DNA of 64,000 bases, from positions 3,057,535 to 3,121,534 of the forward strand of contig OZ244034.1 of NCBI GenBank assembly GCA_965215185.1. Reading direction: 5' to 3'. The translations under genes were made by a program, and so were the position numbers. Below, piece after piece: positions 51,750 through 60,450 of this stretch. Each line of letters opens with the position of its first letter. The stretch's first letter is position 1. The notes under the pieces are model-generated. The model worked only from the letters and a program-made list of their open reading frames with translations, searched no databases and was not told the DNA's origin. This DNA comes from Acidimicrobiia bacterium (GTDB taxonomy: Bacteria > Actinomycetota > Acidimicrobiia > Spongiisociales > ZC4RG35).

Positions 51750-52002
51750 ACTATGCCGCATGGGCAGTCTCGTTATGAATATGTGGTTCGATGAGCACCC
51801 TGGACCGCATTTCCATGCCCACTACGACGGGAAATCAATATGTATCTACATCCGGACCCTGGAAGTCGAGGATATGGGAGGGTTCCATCCGAAGAAGAAG
51901 CGCTTAGCATTGAAGTGGGCTAGACAACGTCGTTCTGAACTACTGATCGCTTGGGAGCGGGTCGAGCGGCACCAGCCGCCTGGGCGGATCCCACCCCTCT
52001 GA
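51742..52002 (+). CDS. DUF4160-domain toxin
   Basis: MPEL, EHPGPHFHAHY, WA...ELL.AWE...RIPPL. Confidence 0.88.
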   Translation: MPELCRMGSLVMNMWFDEHPGPHFHAHYDGKSICIYIRTLEVEDMGGFHPKKKRLALKWARQRRSELLIAWERVERHQPPGRIPPL

Positions 52003-52329
52003 TCTAGAGGCAACCGGGCGGGTAATCGGGACGAGATTGACGGGTTCAGCGCGGGACCTGGAGACCACGGTGACACTCTTTGGGCCATTTGATCCACCCT
52101 CCCCCCACGAACCGCGTTTGTCGAGGACTCCCTTGCCGCCGCCTCCCGCGGTGCCGCTTCGTAGGCCGAGGTGACGTAGTCCAGGTTCAGGAGGTGACGT
52201 GGTCCAGGAACCACCACCGAAGTGCCTGGTCAGGGGTGGTCGCGAAGACCCCACGCAGGGGTCTTCGCGTGTTGGGGGGTGATGGGTTCGCGGGTTAGGG
52301 GTGCTGGCGGGTCGCTAGCCTTCGTTTTC

Positions 52330-52551
52330 ATGCCCCGGTTCTTGGAGTCTGCGTTGAGGAATGTGTCTGAGAGAGACATCCAGCGTGCGCTCGACGCCCC
52401 GTTCTATGACGAGGGTATAACTACCCGACGGGGGAACCCTGGACTGCTCGTGCAGGGACCATCCGCGTCGTCGGGGCTGCCGATCGAAGTACTCGGAGAG
52501 ATTGACCCGGACACAGGCGAACTGGTCGTGTACCACGCCCACTGGATGTAA
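52330..52551 (+). CDS. Small RelE/BrnT-like putative toxin
   Basis: SA...VSERDIQRAL...LVQGP...LPIEV...VVYHA; homolog at 58095. Confidence 0.6.
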   Translation: MPRFLESALRNVSERDIQRALDAPFYDEGITTRRGNPGLLVQGPSASSGLPIEVLGEIDPDTGELVVYHAHWM

Positions 52552-52580
52552 GGGAATCGGCGGCTGGTCGGCAACCGGCG

Positions 52581-52847
52581 CTAGAGAGCTGCGAGCTTTA
52601 CCTTTCGGCCTGTAGGCACCCCGTTGGATATCGCCGCGATCCAGACATGATCGGGCAGGTCCGGGTCGGTACGGACGATGCGGCCTTCGTCCCATGCGTA
52701 ACCGTCCGGTAGCTGACTGATCAGGTAGTCAAGGCCCCTCGCGAAGATGTGGTCGTACGCGCCGGCAGCGGCTTCGTCGGCCTGGCGGAGCAGCCGCGCT
52801 TCGAACTCTTCGCGGGTCTCAGTGCGGGTATCTGATCGGGTTGCCAT
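52581..52847 (-). CDS. Hypothetical protein, putative antitoxin
   Basis: YLISQLPDGY...DPDLPDHV; homolog at 58382. Confidence 0.65.
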   Translation of the reverse strand: MATRSDTRTETREEFEARLLRQADEAAAGAYDHIFARGLDYLISQLPDGYAWDEGRIVRTDPDLPDHVWIAAISNGVPTGRKVKLAAL

Positions 52848-53442
52848 CGCTGCTCACCTTGCCACCGTCAGGGCCGGTTGTCAAGGACAGCCAGCGGTGA
52901 CTGGAGTTACGCAATCGCCGAGAGACTCCGTGGCAGGGCGCCCAGAACCCGCGCCGCTGGGACATCGCGGTGTGCGACACGTTGGGGTGGGACATCGACC
53001 AGGTCGCAGAACTCGGGGAGCTACTGGCGAAAGAACCGACCGTGCGGGGCGTCGCGTACGGTCAGTGGAGAACGTAGGCCCCCGAACCTGCGCCGAGCGC
53101 GTGGTTGACCGTCTGTGCTGGGGTCGGCTGCCGGGCACACTACAGTCGAACAAGTACGAGAGTGCCCCTCCTCAGTCACTGGGGTGAGGTGACGTCGTCT
53201 GGTGTCTAGAGGTGACGTCCTCCCCTGCCCCCCACCTAACTGCCTGGTCAGGGGTGGTCGCGAAGACCCCACGCAGGGGTCTTCGCGTGTTATGGGCTGT
53301 TGAGTTCGCGGGTTAGGTGGTTCGGTCGGGTTCTTGGGTGGTTTCAGGGGTGTTCGGGTGTGTTTGGCCGGGGCGTGGGGGTGTGTGGCTGTGGTTACGG
53401 GGGTATGGCGGCCGCGACGGTCGCTCGGGTATCATCACACCT

Positions 53443-53802
53443 ATGACTTCGCCCGCCCGTTCGGTGACCGTATCGCGGACCCGCTTGTTGAGCCGCCCGC
53501 CTGTGTCCATCCCCGACGACATGGAAGACCGGACGCTCCCGAAAGCGTCCGGGGTGGTGACCCTACCCGGCCATGTGGCCTGGTCAGCGCCCCGCACATT
53601 CGACATGGACAACCAGCGCCAGCTAATAAGCATGTACCAGACGGTGATGACCGAGGGGTTAGACGACGACGTCCGCTACTACATCGACATCGACTTGCTA
53701 GTCGAATTGTGGGACGATCTGTGGCTGTCCCCCTATGTCCGCGAAGCATGGTCAGCGTGGCTGCACGACAGGGGACTGATCGACGACCCCGCTGGATGCT
53801 GA
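53443..53802 (+). CDS. Putative antitoxin partner of the AbiEii-like toxin
   Basis: GVVTLPGHVAWS...FD...YQTVMTEG..DD...LW..LWL...VR.AW; overlaps the next gene. Confidence 0.7.
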   Translation: MTSPARSVTVSRTRLLSRPPVSIPDDMEDRTLPKASGVVTLPGHVAWSAPRTFDMDNQRQLISMYQTVMTEGLDDDVRYYIDIDLLVELWDDLWLSPYVREAWSAWLHDRGLIDDPAGC

Positions 53803-54278
53803 CCGAACTACAGGAACGGACCTGGCGGATACTCGCAGCGGTTCCCGAAGCAGACGGGTTCGCGTTAGCGGGAGGCTCAGCGCTGATCCTGACCGGTGTA
53901 GTCCAGCGCGGAAGCAACGACCTAGACGTGTTCGGGACGTACCCTGGGTCAGCCATCCCCTTCGCTGAAGCAGCCCAGCGAGGTCTGACCAGCGAAGGGC
54001 TGAACCCGACAGTGGAACGATGGGGAGAGGGGTTCGTCCGTATGCGAGTCACTGACGGTGCTGACACAACATGGGTGGATATCGCGATCGATGTCCGCCG
54101 GCACCCGACGGTTGCAGACCCGACCGGACCGGTCCTGAACATCCGAGAGTTAGCAGCCGACAAGATGCTGGCGTTGGGGTTGATGCGGATGCTGGTGTGG
54201 TGTTCGAGCGTGGTTGGCCGTTGTCTGTGGTGGGGTTGTCGGTTGCTCGGAGGGCGTGGACTCGTCGGGTGTGTTTGA
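53796..54278 (+). pseudogene. AbiEii/AbiGii nucleotidyltransferase toxin, 3'-truncated near 54175
   Basis: FALAGGSAL, RGSNDLDVF, ELAADKMLAL, then no RDxxD; GT-rich junk follows. Confidence 0.8.
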
Positions 54279-54308
54279 GGGAACGGTACAATCAGGGGAA
54301 ATGGACGG

Positions 54309-54803
54309 ATGGCTATGACAACAAAAGAAGCGCTTCCCCAGCGGCTGTACGGATACCTGGACAGCGCCGGCAACTATCAACCGACAGCCGTCCCCAAAAT
54401 GGAGCTGACCGCCGCTGACCTGCCGCCTCTGATGGTCGTACCCGACCTTCGCGGGTCGTACAGGTATCCGCTGTTGCAGTTCATCTTCGACTGGAACAGG
54501 TCAGTCGACAAGGCTCGGTTGATCGCTGAGCCGCCTGTCTACGACGGGGACGACCCTGTGCTGCTGCCGTCTATCGCAGTGGTCGTTCACGCGCTCGCCG
54601 ACCGGGCCGGGATCCCTATACCCGGCTGGGTGTTCGAGCATCGCGCTCCGACCGACATCGCGTTGTTCGTTCCTGACTACATGCCGAAATACGCGGAGTG
54701 GCTCAAACGCAGGTCACATCCGCTGTCCAAGTACCATCGGGTTCATATTCATCCCCGAATGCTCGACAAAGGAACCGACGACTGGTGGCTGCCCTGGGAC
54801 TGA
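54309..54803 (+). CDS. Hypothetical protein, putative antitoxin
   Basis: LIAEPP...IAVVVHALA...IPGW; lies 3 bp upstream of the NTase. Confidence 0.65.
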   Translation: MAMTTKEALPQRLYGYLDSAGNYQPTAVPKMELTAADLPPLMVVPDLRGSYRYPLLQFIFDWNRSVDKARLIAEPPVYDGDDPVLLPSIAVVVHALADRAGIPIPGWVFEHRAPTDIALFVPDYMPKYAEWLKRRSHPLSKYHRVHIHPRMLDKGTDDWWLPWD

Positions 54804-54806
54804 CAT

Positions 54807-55346
54807 ATGTCTGAACGGGGACTGACCAGAGAACAGCTAATCGGCCTGTTCGAAGAGTTGGACCTGTGGCTCGCTGCGAGACAAGCCGCCCACTACCAGA
54901 TTCTGGTAGTGGGCGGTGCTGCTATCGCCCTGCAGTGGAATCCCTCCCGGCTTACCAACGACGTGGACGCTGTCTCGGAAGGTTTCACCGACGAATTACG
55001 GGAAGGGATCGCAGCAGTCGCCGCGAAACGGGGCCATGTGCGGGCTGATTGGCTCAACGACGCTTCCAAGATGTCGACTATCTCCCCCCAGGCCGACGCT
55101 TCCCCCACCCCCATATACGAAGGGACCAACCTGACCATCTACGGAGCAGGCGCCCGGTACGTGATGGCCATGAAGGCGATCTCCGGCCGTCCCGTAGACC
55201 TAGCGGACCTTCCGGTTCTGGTTAGGGCAGCCGACTTCGATACGCTCGACGAAGCGTTGGAGTGGATAGACCGCGCCTACCCACTCCGTTCGACACCTGT
55301 ATCAGCCCGATACGCTCTCGAACAGATATGGGCTGACCTGCACTGA
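54807..55346 (+). CDS. DUF6036-like nucleotidyltransferase
   Basis: VVGGAAIAL, RLTNDVDA, DWLND, AMKAISGRPVDLAD. Confidence 0.85.
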   Translation: MSERGLTREQLIGLFEELDLWLAARQAAHYQILVVGGAAIALQWNPSRLTNDVDAVSEGFTDELREGIAAVAAKRGHVRADWLNDASKMSTISPQADASPTPIYEGTNLTIYGAGARYVMAMKAISGRPVDLADLPVLVRAADFDTLDEALEWIDRAYPLRSTPVSARYALEQIWADLH

Positions 55347-56183
55347 TAATCCCGCAAACCACCACCCGTAGCCCGCCGCCACCCCGTCAGGTCGCAGCAC
55401 AGGAGCCCTTTCATCCCAGACCCATCATCGCGGAGCGGCTCCTCTCCCTCCGTCAAACCCCCACCAAATGAATTATCGGGGGTTGGAAATGGCCGAGTGG
55501 TTTATCGGCGAGATGAAGTCGATCTAGCCGACCCCGGACCCTTTCGACCATCGGCGCGGGATAGCGGTACGGTGTTCTACGCAGCGCAGGCGGCGAGCCC
55601 TACACGCACCATGTCCGGCCGGCGCATCATCTGGTCAGCAGCTACGACGCCATAGCCGTTGAATGGTTGAACGTGGCGGGGATGCTCCGCACCAATATGT
55701 TTTCGCACAGGATGGCTTCGCAGCGTTGGGCCGCCTATGACCACATATTGGAACGCGGGGAGTGGCCGAGTCGGCGAACGAACGGTGAGCAGGGGCTCGG
55801 GATACGGGCGAAACACCGATTCGCAGCGACTGGGAAGAGGAGACAGATTCCGGCTGAGGAGGAGACAGGCTCCTCGGACCCCTACCATTACCCCTGGTCA
55901 GGGGTGGTCGCGAAGACCCCACAGCCATCTCAGCCAGCCGCCGTGCCGTGCGCCGCCGCCGTCGGCGCCGCCCACATCACCACACCACAGCAACGCCGCC
56001 ACACATGTCACACGACACGACGACGGTGGAGTCTTCCGCGTCTTCGGCCTCGGGCCGGGCCAACACGGATCGCGTAGGACCGTACTCAACCAACCGCTGG
56101 GGGCAGCGACTCCGCTAGGATAGTTACGTAGCGTTGCGGATATACTCGATGTATTACGGGGTGCGTATTACCATCCGCACGTA

Positions 56184-56356
56184 ATGGTTGCAGCTACCAG
56201 GAGGACGAGCATTCTCGATCTCTTGGCTGATCGCGCCAGCATCTCGAGTGGTGAAGTAGCGGATTTGCTTGGCGTGACGCGACAGACCGCGCATCGCCAC
56301 CTGGCGGGGCTAGTCCGAACCGGAGATTTGGCGCGGACGGGTCAGGGACGCGCTAT
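56184..56356 (+). pseudogene. Winged-HTH N-terminal fragment
   Basis: ISSGEVADLLGVTRQTAHRHLAGLV..GDL...GQGR; the frame then loses protein-like character. Confidence 0.55.
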
Positions 56357-58108
56357 GTGCTTTCTCCAGAAGTATCGCTGCCGCCGCTTGCTCGGTGGCT
56401 TGACGAGTTGGTGGCCACCGAAGCCGCACTCCGCGATGTCCGCGACTCCGTGCGAGAGCGGTTATCTGACCGTGAAGAGCTGCACGCTATTGCTTGGGCC
56501 TTCGACTATCGGCTCGTTCTCGTCGAAGGTAAGAAACAACGGTCCAAAGAGGTGGGTCCGTTTCGTCCTTTGTGGGAGACGCCAAACGGCCAGTACCCGC
56601 CACCCTTTGAGGAGGTCGAGCCTGACGGGATGGCGCTCTGGGAGAAGCTCGGCAGGCTGGTCACGCACCCCTCTCTCCGCGCCCGTCTCCACGATCTGCT
56701 TTGGGAGCGGGAATAGTCTTCCGTCCCTTATACACACGCCCTCCAGGCGATCGATGCCTATTTAGAACTTGCTCCCACTACGGAGGACGGACTCGATTCC
56801 GCCAATGCGCTAGGCCGTGCGAGGTTGTTGGCTCGTCGGATCAACGACCATGCCCGTCTCCGTGACGCTGTTGACGCGGCATTTCGCCGAGCCGAAGTAG
56901 AACTATCGAGTGTCGATCCCAAGCCCGGCATCGTACTGAGGCTGCTGGACGTAGTGCTACATCATGTCGATGAGGATGCGAATCGTCACTTGGCTGAGAG
57001 GCTTTTGGAGCAGGCGAAGCGCACGTTCCAGGATCCGTGGATTCGTGATGACATCATCAGGCGCCAACTAAGCATCCCCGGTAGCCCCGAGCGGAAACAG
57101 GACCTGCGGTCCCAGGCAGTGGATCTGTGGCTCAAGGAGGCATCGGCCTTGTCCGGGGTGAAACGCACCTTGTTTCTAGAAGAGGCACTAAAGCGAGCCC
57201 AACGGTACGGTCTTCGAGAGAGTGCTGAAAAGATCCGGATAGAAATCCAGGAGAACGAACTAGACAGAGATGAGATGCAGAGCATCTCCGTCGATATGGA
57301 ACTGCCACATGACCACATCGAGCAGACTCTCGTTTGGATCAGTTCCGGCGATAGCTGGGATGGCTGTCTAGAACGTCTGGTGGCGTTCGGTCCCTTGAGC
57401 GGGCACCTGCAGCACAATCTAGAGGCGGTACGCCGCAAGGCAGGGGAGTTCCCTCTGCTACGTCTAATGACCCACCGTGTGCTCGGCCCTTGGAACGAGA
57501 CTCTCTTCACGCCGAGCAACGAGGAGCAATGGAATGAGCTCGAGTTATCCCGGTACGAGAAAGTCGGGATAGACATGGCCAGCTATGTCCTGGCTGAAGC
57601 GCTTGACCGCATCCATGCCTTCCACGGACTGCCAAAACGGCGAGAACTACAGTCGTTCTTCACTACATGCCTAATTGATAGAGAAGCCGCTGAGCGGATG
57701 GCGGCAGGCGTGGTGCATTACACACGGCGGCAGTTCGATGAGAGCATCCTAGTTCTCATCCCCCGCATTGAGGGAGTAATTCGCGAACTCGTTCGACAGC
57801 TAGGGGCGCCAATCTGGCGGGAACCTCGACCATTGAAGGAACGGCTTTCTTTCGGGAGGCAGATCTCTCTCGGGGACCTCTTGCGGACTCTTGGGGGCCA
57901 TTTGGATGAAAACTGGCACCGGTACCTAACCACTCTATTCGTCAACCCACTCGGCTCGAACCTGCACAACCTGTATATGCACGGACTGTTACCACAAGGC
58001 ACACGAGAGCATGCCGCAGCCACCATCCACGCTGTTGGGTTTCTGGCTTCTCTCCGACTGTCGCACGACGAACAACGGAATACCGGGGATGAGAATGGTT
58101 CTCTATAG
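56357..58108 (+). pseudogene. DUF4209/HEPN-like protein with one in-frame TAG (56714-56716)
   Basis: ORFs 56357-56716 and 56825-58108 share a frame; C-terminal LIPRIEGVIR, SLGDLL, GSNLHNLYMHG. Confidence 0.7.
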
Positions 58109-58319
58109 GAAGTCAGCCTTTAAGCATGGTTACGACCCTGAGGATATAGAGCGAGTGTTGGATCATCCCTTAAGCGTTCGGGAGGTTATCACCAGCAGAG
58201 GCTCCTCGGCGATATCCAAGATCGGATTCGCGTCAAATTTGACCCTGATAGATGTACGCTATCGATATCATCCCCACAGCGGGGAGCGCGTAGTGTTTCA
58301 CGCACAGAAGGTTCCCTAG
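58095..58319 (+). CDS. Small RelE/BrnT-like putative toxin
   Basis: SAFKHGYDPEDIERVL...IG...VVFHA. Confidence 0.65.
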   Translation: MVLYRKSAFKHGYDPEDIERVLDHPLSVREVITSRGSSAISKIGFASNLTLIDVRYRYHPHSGERVVFHAQKVP

Positions 58320-58381
58320 GAGCCTGTGCGGCGGTAGAAGCCCTACCATCACCAGTAGGGACTCCTTGACTACGCGGGACA

Positions 58382-58666
58382 GTGAAACTACCGTTCGAAG
58401 CGATGACCACTCTGAACCCTCCCACCACCTTGGAAGAGCACGAGGAGCAGTTATTGGACCTAGAGAGGGCCTCGGAGTCAGGCGAGTTCGACTATGTTGG
58501 CCAAGAGGCAGTCGAATACCTGATCAGCCAGTTGCCGGATGGCTACGTTCTCGACGACGAGAACCGGGTGGTGCGACTGGACCCCAGCCTGCCGGATCAT
58601 GTCTACATTCCCGCTCTCATCTTCGGCGTGCCGTCCGATCCAGTAAGAATCCCCGTCTACAGGTAG
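58382..58666 (+). CDS. Hypothetical protein, homolog of 52581-52847
   Basis: YLISQLPDGY...DPSLPDHV...GVP. Confidence 0.65.
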   Translation: MKLPFEAMTTLNPPTTLEEHEEQLLDLERASESGEFDYVGQEAVEYLISQLPDGYVLDDENRVVRLDPSLPDHVYIPALIFGVPSDPVRIPVYR

Positions 58667-58738
58667 CATTCACCTAGGTCCCCGTGGCGGAGACTGAGGG
58701 CGACGGGGTGACTTCCTCCCGGGTGTTCGTCCCGAGAC

Positions 58739-58895
58739 TTGCCGGAACTCAGTGTCATGCCCCGAGTCTGGTGGGTCGCCGCAGCCGAGACTGGCCATGT
58801 GGTCGACCTCGGTGGTGGTCGTGTCGGTGTGTGGATCAGGGGTCGGCTTCCGGCGTGTGGTCCCGAATACAAAGACTACACGCCGCTGATTACAG
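58739..58895 (+). pseudogene. Remnant of the recombinase-fold gene
   Basis: VAAAETGHVVDLGGGRVGVWIRGR...DYTPLI aligns with VAAAETGDLVNLGNDRLGIRVGG...DYTSLV. Confidence 0.65.
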
Positions 58896-59483
58896 GCAAC
58901 TCCAGCGCGGGTGGACGGCCAGTGGATGGTCTCCTACTTCGCCTATTGCCGTATTCCGAGCCGCCTCGGTCCCGGCAAACAGATCTGCCCGAAGGATCCC
59001 CGCCCGCACATCGCTTCGGAGACCGGAGTGCGGTCCGAGGGGTCCGGCACCTACGCCCCGTGGGACATATCGGACGCCGAGGCCGACGCTGTCCGCGATA
59101 CCCCAGCCTGGTAGGGGGACGGGGAGGCGGCCAGGGTCTCGGTTCTTGTTGAAGTCAGCGATGTCAGCACCACCAGCCTGGACGGCTGCAACACCCCCCG
59201 GGAAGGGATGGAGGTTATCGAACCGGCGGTGGCAAACGAGATTCGGATCAGGTCCGCCTAGACGCGAGTTGTACGCGACCTCACCCATTTCGGTCATGGT
59301 TTCTGTAGATCCGATATAGAGTGTTCTCCAATGGCGGCGATTTCGATATTGGGCAGTGGTTCCTCTTCCCACGACAGTCGACGGTGATGCGGATCGCGGC
59401 GAGCCGATCGGGCAGGAGACCGTCGTTGGTGTTTTCGGCCGTGGTTCGGTGCTGCGGTTGGGATCCGGCCCGGTGGTGCTGAG

Positions 59484-60305
59484 TTGAAGGCCACCGATCG
59501 TTGGCGGGCCGAGTTGGAGGCCTGGGTGATTCCCCAGAGCCTGCTTGACGCCGCAGAAGAGTCACCCTACGGGTGGGCGCCGTGCGTATGGGCACGCCTT
59601 TCCGCCGCTGCTCGCTCTGGACCGCCCCCGATCACCTTCGAGATCGTCCGGGACTTGCTCGGCGAGCACGGTTCGGTGCTCGATGTCGGAGCGGGGAGGG
59701 GACGGGCCTCCTTGCCGCTGGCGGTGTTGGGTCATGACCTCACCGCTGTGGAGCCCGACACCGGAATGGCAGATGGTTTTGAAGAAGATGCGGCCCGACT
59801 CGGTGTTTCCGCCCGGCTGGTCCGGGGACGCTGGCCGGAAGCGGCGGGGGAGATCCCGGAGGCAGATGTTGTCATGTCGGCTCATGTCGTCTATGACGTA
59901 CCGGGCATCGGCCCGTTTCTCGCCGCTCTCAACGACACCGCCCGGCGTGCCGTGGTAATCGAGATGACGGATCGCCACCCCCGAGTCGCCACGGCCCTCC
60001 TCTTCCGCGCCGTCCACGGTGTCGACCGTCCGGGAGGCCCGTCGGTTGACGATCTGGCTGCGGCGATCGTCGAGGAACTTGGCATCCGCCCCAATGTGGA
60101 GCGGTGGGAACGACCCGGGACGATTTGGTTCGAGAGTTGGGATGAGATACTCGCCTTCTACGGGCGACGGCTGACCCTGCCAATAGCCCGACGCCCCGAG
60201 TTACGGCCCCTCCTGGAGTCGCAGGTCACCGAGAAGAACGGCCGGCTATACGTCGGGGACCGGGAGGGGCAACACTGCACCCTGTGGTGGCGTACTGATC
60301 AATGA
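59484..60305 (+). CDS. Class I SAM-dependent methyltransferase
   Basis: VLDVGAGRG, AVEP, DVVMSAHVVY. Confidence 0.9.
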   Translation: MKATDRWRAELEAWVIPQSLLDAAEESPYGWAPCVWARLSAAARSGPPPITFEIVRDLLGEHGSVLDVGAGRGRASLPLAVLGHDLTAVEPDTGMADGFEEDAARLGVSARLVRGRWPEAAGEIPEADVVMSAHVVYDVPGIGPFLAALNDTARRAVVIEMTDRHPRVATALLFRAVHGVDRPGGPSVDDLAAAIVEELGIRPNVERWERPGTIWFESWDEILAFYGRRLTLPIARRPELRPLLESQVTEKNGRLYVGDREGQHCTLWWRTDQ

Positions 60306-60450
60306 AAGCGCCGGACGCGCAGGGTCTGGCTACCAAATGGCAGTGTGGCGTGCGCCGGGGCTGGCATTCGTAGCATGGCCCGACGCCCGCCGATCAGGCA
60401 TTCCCTGGATGAGCGATGGGCCAACCCTTTGCCCGTCTTGGGGCCCATTC

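Larger units (their letters stand above)
49773..52252. mobile_element. Unit 6 (non-autonomous; internal truncated right end at 50940-51033)
   Basis: TIRs 49773-49784 and 52241-52252. Confidence 0.82.
52258..53270. mobile_element. Unit 7 (non-autonomous, 1013 bp)
   Basis: TIRs 52258-52269 and 53259-53270. Confidence 0.85.
26588..55920. mobile_element. Head-to-tail array of eight related transposon-like units at the tRNA 3' end
   Basis: Nine junctions with 12-bp TIRs and 5-bp spacers; outer direct repeat ACAGC at 26583-26587 and 55921-55925. Confidence 0.88.
53276..55920. mobile_element. Unit 8 (non-autonomous; two nucleotidyltransferase TA-like pairs)
   Basis: TIRs 53276-53287 and 55909-55920, followed by ACAGC and then unrelated sequence. 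Confidence 0.85.

Noticed and set aside
26588-55920. Integron with attC sites
   Set aside because: No IntI, no RYYYAAC/GTTRRRY boxes; the palindromes resolve into two TIRs plus a 5-bp spacer, with half-sites at the outer ends
26510-55925. Classical integrase island with a duplicated tRNA 3' end
   Set aside because: Only CCC-ACAGC is shared at the far end, not the T arm; the recombinase-fold protein lacks the catalytic Tyr. Recombination at an 8-bp core is not strictly excluded but is less parsimonious
56028-56042. GGAGTCTTCCGCG as a ninth left TIR
   Set aside because: Has a mismatch and an indel, no subterminal arm and no adjacent 5-bp spacer
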